Shown here: positions 28,405 through 36,866 of the stretch, in pieces
Layout: each line of letters starts with the position of its first letter
Numbering within the stretch: position 1 is the stretch's first letter
Origin: a virus
Taxonomy: Duplodnaviria; Heunggongvirae; Uroviricota; Caudoviricetes
Strand: one strand, 5' to 3'
Length of the DNA stretch: 36,866 nt
IMG/VR virus record: IMGVR_UViG_2724679138_000004
Program-made: the position numbers and the translations under genes
Notes under the pieces: model-generated
Told to the model about the DNA's origin: nothing
What the model saw: only the letters and a program-made list of their open reading frames with translations
Databases searched by the model: none

Positions 28405-29948
28405 ATGAAAAAGATTTATGAATTAACTACTGGTAGAGCGCTTAAGTATTTTCTGCAGCATGATTCATACACTACTCTGGAGCTACCCAGTTATGTCGAT
28501 TTTTCTTCCTTGCTTGAAGAAATCAACTCCGCGATAGATGAAGGTAAAATCAACTTCCAACCTGACTCCAAGTCATTGATGGGGAAGAATATAAATTACG
28601 AGGTTTTAGTCAGCAAAGATGGCTTATATAGCTGGCGACGAATAACACTAATTAATCCTCTGTACTACGTGTATTTTTGTAAACTTATTACATCCCCTTC
28701 CAACTGGAAGGCTATAAGGAATAAATTTAGAGAGTTTGAGTCTAATGATCTTTTTTATGCTCAAGTACCCCAGTGAGCAAAAAGAACACCTCAAACGTAG
28801 CTGCATCTGTTTTAAACTGGTGGGAAGATTTTGAACAAAAAAGTCTTTCATTGGCTCTTGAGTATGAGTTCATGTTCAGCACAGATATTTCAAACTTCTA
28901 CCCTTCTATTTACACTCATAGCTTTGAATGGGTATTCATCTCAAAAGAAGAGGCCAAAAAGAAAGAAAATAACAATAACCCAGGACGATTGATTGACACT
29001 CATATCCAGATGATGATGAGTAATCAGACAAACGGAATACCATTGGGTAGTACGTTGATGGATACATTTGCCGAATTAATTTTAGGCGAAATTGATTTAC
29101 AGCTAAGAAAAAAAACTGAAGAGCAAAAAATAACGGATTACAAAGTAGTTCGCTACAGAGATGATTATCGAATATTTTCAAGCAGTAAAGATGATTTGGA
29201 CAAAATCTCAAAGTGTTTGGTTGAGGTCTTAGGTGAGTTTGGGCTTGATTTAAACTCAAGAAAAACAGAACTACATGACGACATCATTCTTCACTCCCTT
29301 AAATCAGCAAAAAAAGAATATATTATAGAAAGGTCGTTCAACTCCCTACAGAAAATGTTGTATGCAATATATTTATTTTCTTTAAAACATCAAAACTCCA
29401 AAATTACAGTTAGATATTTAAATGATTTCTTGCGAAAATTATTTAGGAAGAAAAAGATCACAAATAGTGGGCATCAACTAGATGCAATGCTTGGAATTAT
29501 TTCAAGCATCATGGCTAAAAACCCAACCACCTACCCAGTGGGAATGGCTATTTTCGCAAAACTCTTGACCTTCCTTTATGACGACGATGAACTCAAATTT
29601 GGCAAGTTACAACAACTTCATTGTAAACTAGGTAAACAACCAAATACTGAAATGTTAGATATTTGGTTTCAACGAGTTCAAGGGAAGATACACACACAAT
29701 GGGAAGGCGATTACAAAACAGCCCTATGTCAACGCATAAATGATGAACTCAAGGAAAAAAAAACATTTACCATTGATGGCCTGTGGGATGTAGAGTGGAT
29801 TCCGGGTTCAGCCAAAAATAAAAACAAACAGAAAATACTATCAATTTTGAAAAAAACAAAAATTGTGGATTTAGATGCATTCGAAGAAATGGATAATGAT
29901 ATTACACCAGAAGAAGTGAACTTATTCGACAAGGAACACAGCGCTTAA
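28405..29948 (+). CDS. Abi/UG-type reverse transcriptase split by a -1 frame change at a T6 run (segments 28405-28776 and 28773-29948); possible pseudogene or programmed frameshift
   Basis: Segment 1 carries RT motif 1-like RRITLINPLYYVYFCKL; segment 2 carries FMFSTDISNFYPSI, NGIPLGSTLMDTFAEL, VVRYRDDY (YRDD at 29154-29165) and FGLDLNSRKTEL; frame 0 opens at 28749 and the T6 run is 28751-28756. Confidence 0.75.
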
Positions 29949-30046
29949 CGAAACAATGTTATTAACTCAACATGACTTCGTTAAGCATTAAAGCGAACAG
30001 TCATATGAAATTTCGACATCCCTAACGCCTCGCAAGCTCGTTGTTC

Positions 30047-30092
30047 ACCCCCGCCAGCACTGAAAGCGAGTTTCAGCGTCGACGGGGTTTTC
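30047..30092 (+). terminator. Rho-independent terminator downstream of the second RT
   Basis: GC-rich imperfect hairpin CCCCGCCAGCACTGAAA-gcgag-TTTCAGCGTCGACGGGG followed by TTTTC. Confidence 0.6.
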
Positions 30093-30113
30093 TATGGTCA
30101 ACGTGGTGACAGA

Positions 30114-30374
30114 TTATGGGCACGCGTGAAGGTAGAAATATGGACGGTTGGGATTATTGATTTCTCCCATACGGCTGCAGTTATCACTGACGCTCTCAGT
30201 CCCTCCGACCAACTCGTAGAGGGTCAGATTCTCTTTGACCATAATTTGTAAACAATAGCCATCAGCCGCAGACTCTTGCACGAGTACAATGGCGGAACCG
30301 GACGCATAGCTAGTAATGTATGCATTAGTCATAATGACATGCTTCCAAAGCAAGATCGCCACGCAGTTCCGCAT
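30114..30374 (-). CDS. Small hypothetical protein downstream of A (P2 orf91 position)
   Basis: 86-aa ORF only; no recognisable motif. Confidence 0.3.
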   Translation of the reverse strand: MRNCVAILLWKHVIMTNAYITSYASGSAIVLVQESAADGYCLQIMVKENLTLYELVGGTESVSDNCSRMGEINNPNRPYFYLHACP

Positions 30375-30435
30375 GATCCATCAGTTGCTGATACCAACCA
30401 TCAAGTGGAAGAAAAATCAACCATTTCAATCATTT

Positions 30436-32712
30436 TTATATGTTTGTTGAGAATCCCGGCCACTCATCAGCGACCGGATACGTGAATTTTTCCCCGTCAT
30501 AATTTACGGTCGCGCCACGCGCCAGCGCCTCAAGCTCCCATCGCTGTGGCCTGATACCGTTCTGAGCAAGGTCAACGCGGATACGGGTAATTTGCGTTCG
30601 TTCCGACCGGGTCAGTCTGGCCGATGGCGCTATTTCATGTGGTTTTAACGGGCTTCCGTTTCTCTGCTGACGATTTGGTGTTCTCAGTTCGTGTTTTAAT
30701 GCACCTCTGAGCGCCCTCACGACCTCTGGCTCATTCCATTCGATAACACCGTCATCAACCAGATTAAGCACTGCTGCGGCGTGCTCAGAAGGTGTGGGAG
30801 CCGGTAACGAAGTATCACCGTCGGTAAGCTTTCCACAGTTATTGACAGGACTCCGAGGCGCGGCGATGCCGCTTTTTAAAGTCAAAGGCTCAACGACCGG
30901 CACTTTCGGAACAATGCGCCAGTCCGTCGTTCTGGTGATATGAATATGACGCGCGCCGAGATGCGGCGCGTAAATGCCGACCACTCTCTCGACTTCTTCC
31001 TCGTACTCGTTAACGTCATCCGACGGGCTACGGGCAACCCTGACAGTCTGGCAATCGCGCGGGACATTTGCCCCACCCTGCGCGCTGATATACAGCGCAA
31101 AATCACCACTGTCTGCGGCGGCGCGTGCAGCCTCGACGCGCTCGTCAAACTCATCAGCAATGCTGACGCCGCGAGGCAATTTGCGTAGTTCACGGTAAGC
31201 CCCCATTGTCGGCAGGCCAACCGTTTTAAATTGCGGAATGCGCCACGTTGACGCCCATGCGGTAACAGCCGCGGCAGTATCTTTCAGCGGTCTGCCGGTA
31301 TCGTTATCGAGCTGCCCATCCAGTGCATAGCCGTCGATATTTTTTGAGATGTATTTCGCGATATACCCCGCAGCACCGCCCCAGTTAAGGTGTTTTGCCT
31401 GAAAACGGTTTCGCGCGGCTCCTCTTTCGTCGCCATCCTCTTTGAGCGCATAGCGACGCATGATTTCGATAATCTGGTTACGCTGGCGTGGATGACAAAA
31501 AAGCATCATATGCCAGTGCGGCGTTCCGTCGTGGTGTGGCTCGACGACACGCAAACCGTAGACCTGTAAATCATTATCCTTGAATGCCGTGCGCATCAGG
31601 CTCCAGATACGGCAGAGATAACGCTGCGCATCCTTTGGATTAAATGCCTCATCGTTCCAGCCGTGATTAAGCTGAACGGTTTTACTTTCGCCTTTTCCGA
31701 CCTGACGTGTCGGGTGATACTTTGACGGCGCGGTCAGCGTGATAAACATCCCCAAATCACCCTCTGCGGCGGCGTAACGCTCAATACCGGCAATGGTGTT
31801 CATCAGCTCCATCCGGCGAATTTCTGGATTAGAAATACTGCCCATCACCTTACTGATAAGGTCGATGCGCTCGCCGGTTTCCCTGTTTTCAAGGTCACAC
31901 GATTTAAGAAATTCCAGATTTGCCTGGCGGCGCGCACGCACATCACGAATGGCATGTTTACTGGCATAAGGAGAACGGTCTTTATTGACCTCCCCGACAG
32001 CAATCAGTAACGCCTCATGCCAGCGCATACGCTGGCCTTTAAGCTGACTAATCCACCACTCATCGTTAAACAGACGGGCAATGGCAGAATATGCCTGCCT
32101 CGTGGTCATCTGTCCTTTACGGTATTTTTTCCAGTAGAGCGGGGAAATATTGAAAGCACGTGCAGCGCCAGCAACATGACCATACAGGTGAGCCTGCGCC
32201 TCATCCGTAAACAGCGATTCTTTTTCACCATGCGCATCAACCCATGCATCGCAGAGTTCCTCATACATCATGAAAAGCTGCGATGAGATACGGGCGGCAA
32301 ACTTTTTCAGCTCCTTGTCATTCATTCCAGGCAGGCGCGCATAGTGGTCACGCTCTGCCAGAAACAGCAACGACGCGTCGGTGTTCATTTCATGGCGCTG
32401 ATTCACGCGCTCAATGCGCGGCCATAAACGACGCTGAAAAGTGGATGTGAGGAAATAAAACCCGTGCACCGGGCTTTTATTGCGCCGGATGTAGTCATAG
32501 CGTGAAGTAAACAGCGAGCGCAAAAAGTAAGGCAGGCGGTTAATCGTGGATAAAACACCTTGCACCTGACGCATCTCGTCACGTGTAAGGGGTCTTTCGC
32601 GCCCGACAGCCTCGCGTGGCGCGTTCCATACATAAGCACCGGTAAACGTCTTACCGGTGCCTGCGGCAAATGCTGACGGAGGGACAAAACGCCCGGAGGC
32701 TTTAACGGCCAT
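30436..32712 (-). CDS. A: Replication initiation protein A (rolling-circle nickase)
   Basis: ATG at 32710-32712 gives 758 aa (MAVKASGRFVPP...), close to P2 gpA; the listed ORF extends to an upstream TTG. Confidence 0.9.
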   Translation of the reverse strand: MAVKASGRFVPPSAFAAGTGKTFTGAYVWNAPREAVGRERPLTRDEMRQVQGVLSTINRLPYFLRSLFTSRYDYIRRNKSPVHGFYFLTSTFQRRLWPRIERVNQRHEMNTDASLLFLAERDHYARLPGMNDKELKKFAARISSQLFMMYEELCDAWVDAHGEKESLFTDEAQAHLYGHVAGAARAFNISPLYWKKYRKGQMTTRQAYSAIARLFNDEWWISQLKGQRMRWHEALLIAVGEVNKDRSPYASKHAIRDVRARRQANLEFLKSCDLENRETGERIDLISKVMGSISNPEIRRMELMNTIAGIERYAAAEGDLGMFITLTAPSKYHPTRQVGKGESKTVQLNHGWNDEAFNPKDAQRYLCRIWSLMRTAFKDNDLQVYGLRVVEPHHDGTPHWHMMLFCHPRQRNQIIEIMRRYALKEDGDERGAARNRFQAKHLNWGGAAGYIAKYISKNIDGYALDGQLDNDTGRPLKDTAAAVTAWASTWRIPQFKTVGLPTMGAYRELRKLPRGVSIADEFDERVEAARAAADSGDFALYISAQGGANVPRDCQTVRVARSPSDDVNEYEEEVERVVGIYAPHLGARHIHITRTTDWRIVPKVPVVEPLTLKSGIAAPRSPVNNCGKLTDGDTSLPAPTPSEHAAAVLNLVDDGVIEWNEPEVVRALRGALKHELRTPNRQQRNGSPLKPHEIAPSARLTRSERTQITRIRVDLAQNGIRPQRWELEALARGATVNYDGEKFTYPVADEWPGFSTNI

Positions 32713-32977
32713 ATGAGCCAAAAGCCTCTGAACAACGCTTGCTGAGTTGCTCAACCTGCGCGTTTAAATCAGCAAAAGACTTTGCGCTTCCGGTCAGAAT
32801 ATCGTGATGCATCAGGCCGGAAACGAGCTGGCTTAATTTCGGGTAATAACCAACCACCGCCAGCCATTCCTGACCGGCGTTTTTACCGCTTTCCGCTCTC
32901 TTTTTCTCGTGGAGAATAAACTGAAAGCTGTCACTGGTAACGACATAACGTTCGCCAATTTCAATACGAATACTCAT
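32702..32977 (-). CDS. P2 orf83-like hypothetical protein
   Basis: 91-aa ORF in the conserved early-operon position upstream of A. Confidence 0.7.
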   Translation of the reverse strand: MSIRIEIGERYVVTSDSFQFILHEKKRAESGKNAGQEWLAVVGYYPKLSQLVSGLMHHDILTGSAKSFADLNAQVEQLSKRCSEAFGSYGR

Positions 32978-33198
32978 GCCGTTCTCCGGTAATGTTTGTT
33001 TTTTGCTTCAAAGACTGACTGACAGGAAACACAACGCGTGGCTGACGGGTAAGCCGCACGACGGGCAGCAGGTATTGGCGCGTCACACTCTTCGCAAACC
33101 AGCGCAGAAGCACCGCAATGTTTTACCCTTGCCGCGTTAATCTGGCGCTCCAGTAATTCAGCCTGTTGTTCCTGAATAAAATCTACGTTGTCCGGCAT
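32974..33198 (-). CDS. P2 orf82-like DksA/TraR-type C4 zinc-finger protein
   Basis: 74 aa with C-x2-C...C-x2-C (CEECDAPIPAARRAAYPSATRCVSCQ). Confidence 0.8.
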   Translation of the reverse strand: MPDNVDFIQEQQAELLERQINAARVKHCGASALVCEECDAPIPAARRAAYPSATRCVSCQSVFEAKNKHYRRTA

Positions 33199-33200
33199 TA

Positions 33201-33503
33201 TCAGCTCCTTTTATCGTTAAGTTTCCTGGATACATCAGCGCAATAACTGGCAAGTTCTGTCGTTAATTTTGTCAGTTCATCCACTGAGGAAATTTGCTTG
33301 TGGAATACAGCGCGTTTAACAAGTAAATTGACCACATCAGACAGGAGGTTTAATTCATTCTGATAAATCGCGATAACAGATTCAGTTATGTCGCGTTTTT
33401 CTTTATCAAGGTAAAGTTGAATAAGAGACAAATCGCCATTTTTCATAACGGCGATTTTTAAGGCGTTATTCAGTAATACAACTGAATGAGAACAGGACAT
33501 CAA
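33201..33503 (-). CDS. P2 orf81-like hypothetical protein
   Basis: 100-aa ORF, abutting orf82 and orf80. Confidence 0.7.
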   Translation of the reverse strand: MMSCSHSVVLLNNALKIAVMKNGDLSLIQLYLDKEKRDITESVIAIYQNELNLLSDVVNLLVKRAVFHKQISSVDELTKLTTELASYCADVSRKLNDKRS

Positions 33504-33724
33504 AGCACCTCCCCGCGAGACAATCCGATATTGTGAAATTTTTCCGACTCCTGACTGAGCAGCTCGACTATCTCCACGCGGGATAACTCCGCCTTTGTGA
33601 TATGGCGAATCATGGCGTCAAGATGAGAAGAAAAGCGAGTCGCTGCGTCGGCCTGTGCTTCGGCTCTGGCCTGTTGCAGCAGTAATGCGTATTTACCGCA
33701 CTTGTTTTCAGAAACTGTATGCAT
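33500..33724 (-). CDS. P2 orf80-like hypothetical protein
   Basis: 74-aa ORF in the conserved early-operon position. Confidence 0.7.
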   Translation of the reverse strand: MHTVSENKCGKYALLLQQARAEAQADAATRFSSHLDAMIRHITKAELSRVEIVELLSQESEKFHNIGLSRGEVL

Positions 33725-33787
33725 GACTTTCTCCAGGCAAAAAGAAGCCCCGCACGATTAAGTGCGTTAAAAACTCTGGTTAATTAT

Positions 33788-34288
33788 TTAATGCAGATAT
33801 TGCTCTGGTTTTACCGACGTCAGAATTGTCGGTGCATACTCAAACAGGCTGAATAATTCACGTAATGCACGGAATAAAGCATCACGCCAGTAACATGATT
33901 CTTCATTAATTCGCCAGTATGGCTGGTTGAATTCTTTTTCAGTCAATCCGGCATGCATAAATAAAGTACGACGCTGACTGACTGTTAAAAAACTAATATA
34001 TGCATACTCACTTGCGCCAACCTGACGGCGTTTTGAGAATGCCCCACGCAATTCATCAATTGCACAAACCAACCGTTCACGTTCGACGTCGTTCATTTCT
34101 TCAAAACGCATCGTTGCGTGACGCTGTTTTAACTGCGCATGGAAGCAAACCGTTAGCCGTTCGCGTTCCATCATCTGATTATAATAATCACATGTATCCT
34201 GCCAGCGAGGGACGGCAAGATGCTTGCCAATTATCCGGCGCATAGCTGCTGGCTGTTTTTCAACGAGATTGAGCGTCATCACTGTCAT
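33788..34288 (-). CDS. B: Replication protein B (helicase-loader-like)
   Basis: ATG at 34286-34288 gives 166 aa (MTVMTLNLVEKQPAAMRRI...), as P2 gpB. Confidence 0.88.
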   Translation of the reverse strand: MTVMTLNLVEKQPAAMRRIIGKHLAVPRWQDTCDYYNQMMERERLTVCFHAQLKQRHATMRFEEMNDVERERLVCAIDELRGAFSKRRQVGASEYAYISFLTVSQRRTLFMHAGLTEKEFNQPYWRINEESCYWRDALFRALRELFSLFEYAPTILTSVKPEQYLH

Positions 34289-34455
34289 TTCCATACCCTC
34301 CGGCTTTTCAGAAAGGTCAGAGCCTTTTTTAACGGACTCTGTTTTTTGGTGCGGATAATGATTCCCTTACGCCCCTTACCGTGGGTGATGGTGAAGTCAA
34401 TCGCCCTGGGGCTTTCGTTACGCAGTAACTGAGCAATACAACGAGGCTCATTCAT
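34285..34455 (-). CDS. P2 orf78-like small protein
   Basis: 56 aa from the internal ATG of the listed 64-aa ORF; start uncertain. Confidence 0.5.
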   Translation of the reverse strand: MNEPRCIAQLLRNESPRAIDFTITHGKGRKGIIIRTKKQSPLKKALTFLKSRRVWK

Positions 34456-34465
34456 ACGGTTCTCC

Positions 34466-34741
34466 TTAACGTGGTTCACCGAGACCTAACCACATCAACC
34501 AGCCGTCACGAATCTCTTTAGGGCGGCTTTCATAAGCCAGTTTTAGTCCGTTATTCCATGCCGGAAGGTATACCCAATATTCACCTGCACGACCTGAAGC
34601 TGATTGTGGATCGGTCATATCAATTACAGGCAGCTTTCCTTTATCGATCATCCGACGAACCGCTCCTGTCGATTTTCCTATTAGTTTTGCGAACTCCTGA
34701 TAAGGAATCGCATCAGTCATGAGTGTTACTTGCTTGCTCAT
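34466..34741 (-). CDS. cox: Cox (excisionase and repressor of Pc)
   Basis: 91 aa (MSKQVTLMTDAIPYQEFAKLIGK...), first gene of the early operon, divergent from C. Confidence 0.9.
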   Translation of the reverse strand: MSKQVTLMTDAIPYQEFAKLIGKSTGAVRRMIDKGKLPVIDMTDPQSASGRAGEYWVYLPAWNNGLKLAYESRPKEIRDGWLMWLGLGEPR

Positions 34742-34855
34742 GTCGTCCTCTAGCCCTCATGAATTGCGTTTAATGTCTTATAATGCCTTTTAGTGCCCAC
34801 ATCCAAGCACTAAACAATCTACATCTAAACTAAATACTATTGAGATCTAAACACC
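34742..34855. promoter_or_regulatory. Immunity switch region with face-to-face Pe/Pc promoters and two C-repressor operator half-sites
   Basis: Direct repeats ATCTAAAC at 34823-34830 and 34845-34852, 22 bp centre to centre, as described for the P2 C operators flanking the Pe -10. Confidence 0.6.
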
Positions 34856-35155
34856 ATGTCAAACACGATAAGCGAGAAGATAGTCTTAATGCGAAAATCA
34901 GAGTATTTGAGCAGACAACAACTTGCTGATTTAACAGGGGTTCCGTATGGCACGCTGAGTTACTATGAAAGTGGTCGTTCAACACCTCCAACAGATGTCA
35001 TGATGAACATCCTGCAGACCCCACAATTCACCAAATACACTTTATGGTTCATGACCAATCAGATCGCTCCTGAGTCCGGGCAAATTGCGCCCGCTCTCGC
35101 ACACTTTGGGCAAAACGAAACAACGTCGCCCCACTCCGGTCAAAAGACTGGTTAA
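34856..35155 (+). CDS. C: Immunity repressor C
   Basis: 99 aa with HTH (…LSRQQLADLTGVPYGTLSYYESG…); P2 C length and position. Confidence 0.9.
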   Translation: MSNTISEKIVLMRKSEYLSRQQLADLTGVPYGTLSYYESGRSTPPTDVMMNILQTPQFTKYTLWFMTNQIAPESGQIAPALAHFGQNETTSPHSGQKTG

Positions 35156-35270
35156 CAATTCATCGTGAATATATTCATCACAAGTACCTACTATTGGTGG
35201 CTAAATTTCAGCCACCACGAAAAAAGCGATTAGTAGTCGCAAAAAAACACACCACTCGGAGGGTTTTCTG

Positions 35271-36284
35271 ATGGCAATCAAAAAACTCGATGATGGTCGA
35301 TATGAAGTGGACATCCGCCCTACTGGACGTAATGGAAAACGCATCCGTAGGAAGTTTGATAAGAAAAGCGAAGCTGTCGCTTTCGAGAAATACACGTTGT
35401 ACAACCACCACAATAAAGAATGGCTATCAAAACCAACAGACAAGCGACGTCTGTCGGAGCTGACACAGATCTGGTGGGATTTAAAGGGTAAACACGAAGA
35501 GCATGGGAAATCTAATCTTGGGAAAATTGAAATCTTCACAAAAATAACGAATGACCCATGCGCATTTCAAATTACGAAATCGCTTATCAGCCAGTACTGC
35601 GCCACCCGAAGAAGTCAGGGTATTAAACCTTCGAGTATCAATCGTGATTTAACATGTATTAGCGGCATGTTTACAGCCCTGATTGAAGCGGAGTTATTCT
35701 TTGGTGAGCACCCTATCAGAGGGACAAAAAGGCTTAAGGAGGAAAAACCAGACACAGGCTATCTCACGCAGGAAGAAATTGCCTTACTGCTTGCTGCTCT
35801 TGACGGCGACAACAAAAAGATTGCGATTCTTTGCCTGAGTACTGGAGCACGTTGGGGAGAAGCAGCTCGTTTGAAAGCAGAAAATATCATCCATAACCGC
35901 GTCACGTTTGTTAAAACGAAAACAAACAAACCACGCACCGTCCCGATCTCAGAGGCTGTTGCCAAAATGATCGCGGATAACAAACGAGGTTTTTTATTCC
36001 CTGATGCTGATTACCCTCGCTTCAGACGAACAATGAAAGCAATAAAACCGGATTTGCCAATGGGGCAAGCTACACATGCACTAAGGCACAGCTTTGCCAC
36101 TCATTTCATGATTAATGGAGGAAGTATTATCACGCTACAACGGATACTAGGTCACACGCGGATTGAGCAAACTATGGTTTACGCTCATTTTGCGCCAGAG
36201 TACCTTCAGGACGCCATTTCTCTTAATCCGCTAAGAGGTGGTACTGAGGTCGAGAGTGTCCACACTGTGTCCACAGTAGAGTAA
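35271..36284 (+). CDS. int: Tyrosine-type integrase
   Basis: 337 aa; RBS GGAGGG; catalytic-domain residues (…HALRHSFATH…, …LGHTRIEQTMVYAH…); adjacent to the right attachment core. Confidence 0.92.
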   Translation: MAIKKLDDGRYEVDIRPTGRNGKRIRRKFDKKSEAVAFEKYTLYNHHNKEWLSKPTDKRRLSELTQIWWDLKGKHEEHGKSNLGKIEIFTKITNDPCAFQITKSLISQYCATRRSQGIKPSSINRDLTCISGMFTALIEAELFFGEHPIRGTKRLKEEKPDTGYLTQEEIALLLAALDGDNKKIAILCLSTGARWGEAARLKAENIIHNRVTFVKTKTNKPRTVPISEAVAKMIADNKRGFLFPDADYPRFRRTMKAIKPDLPMGQATHALRHSFATHFMINGGSIITLQRILGHTRIEQTMVYAHFAPEYLQDAISLNPLRGGTEVESVHTVSTVE

Positions 36285-36363
36285 CGTTTAAGGGCTTTCA
36301 GTGGTAATTTATGCCGCTCAAACCCGCATTGTACCGTTGAAAGCCCCTACTGGTGACACCCTA

Positions 36364-36391
36364 AATCTCCCTTACACGGGCTTATTTTTTA
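36364..36391. repeat. Prophage attachment core, right copy
   Basis: 28-bp identity with 1507-1534; the upstream sequence here cannot form the cyaR terminator stem, so this is the displaced copy. Confidence 0.8.
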
Positions 36392-36548
36392 TGCATAAGC
36401 CCTATCCCTGGTCACCGTCTTCCATTGACCACATCGATAGAATCTCCCTTCATAGCACGATGCCTTTCACGTAACGGCATCGTGCTCGCACAGGTTCCGG
36501 CTAAGCACAACCAGAACGCGCATGTTTGACGCTTACCAAAAAATATTC

Positions 36549-36866
36549 TCACTCTCCACATTTGAATGTCAGACGAGCGACGCCATGTAATCCTGCACCT
36601 TCTGTCTTCAGGTCAACTATCTGCATTTTTTTGCCCTGAGTAACACAGAAATGGGCTGCATCATTTTTTACTATATTTTCTGCACCAGATATTCTGCCCC
36701 TGGCTAAAGAAGCTTCGGCTTCGGTGTAGTATTGGTTATCGAGTTTACGCTGAATATTACTTTTATATGCAAGACCAAATTTACCGATACTTGTCTCATC
36801 ATTATGCACAGCACAACCAGACACAATAAAAATACTAATTAATGATATAGCAACTATCTTTTTCAT
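36549..36866 (-). CDS. yegR: Lipoprotein YegR
   Basis: 105-aa ORF with lipoprotein signal (…ISIFIVSGC); start codon occupies the last three bases of the window; recognised as E. coli YegR. Confidence 0.8.
   Translation of the reverse strand: MKKIVAISLISIFIVSGCAVHNDETSIGKFGLAYKSNIQRKLDNQYYTEAEASLARGRISGAENIVKNDAAHFCVTQGKKMQIVDLKTEGAGLHGVARLTFKCGE

Larger units (their letters stand above)
1507..36391. mobile_element. P2-like (Peduovirus-type) prophage, about 34.9 kb, integrated at the 3' end of cyaR
   Basis: Complete P2 gene set in canonical order from ogr to int, cos sequence at 28180-28198, tyrosine integrase at the right end, 28-bp direct repeats at both ends. Confidence 0.9.

Noticed and set aside
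11136-29948. Diversity-generating retroelement hypothesis (RT plus hypervariable tail fibre)
   Set aside because: Neither RT is adjacent to H, and I found no template/variable repeat pair with adenine-specific mismatches matching the H C-terminus; the RTs sit in the cos hotspot with defence-like partners.
32713-32754. Upstream extension of the A ORF to the TTG at 32754 (772 aa)
   Set aside because: The ATG at 32712 gives a length close to P2 gpA; the extension would overlap orf83 by about 50 nt.

Overview
This window is an Escherichia-type chromosomal segment: yegQ/trhP (1-1362) and the sRNA cyaR (1447-1533), then a complete P2-like prophage of about 34.9 kb (about 1507-36391) inserted at the 3' end of cyaR and bounded by a 28-bp direct repeat, then yegR at the right edge. 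The prophage keeps the canonical P2 gene order: ogr-D-U-T-E/E'-FII-FI-[cargo]-G-H-I-J-W-V-[moron]-S-R-lysC/B/A-K-Y-X-L-M-N-O on the minus strand, then P-Q on the plus strand, [cargo]-cos-[cargo], A-orf83..80-B-orf78-cox on the minus strand, and C-int on the plus strand. Gene identities rest on recalled P2 protein lengths, order and motifs, not on a database search. Three AT-rich accessory insertions interrupt the backbone. The most interesting is at cos: on the Q side, a retron-like reverse transcriptase translationally coupled to a two-transmembrane-helix protein, preceded by a promoter and a short region bracketed by 9-bp inverted repeats (candidate msr/msd RNA); on the A side, a second Abi/UG-type reverse transcriptase whose reading frame is split by a -1 shift in a T6 run. 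The other two insertions are an HExxH (zincin-like) protein plus a small putatively exported protein between FI and G, flanked by about 30-bp direct repeats, and an AT-rich three-helix membrane protein on the opposite strand between V and S. All three are candidate anti-phage or superinfection-exclusion cargo; none can be named with certainty from sequence alone.
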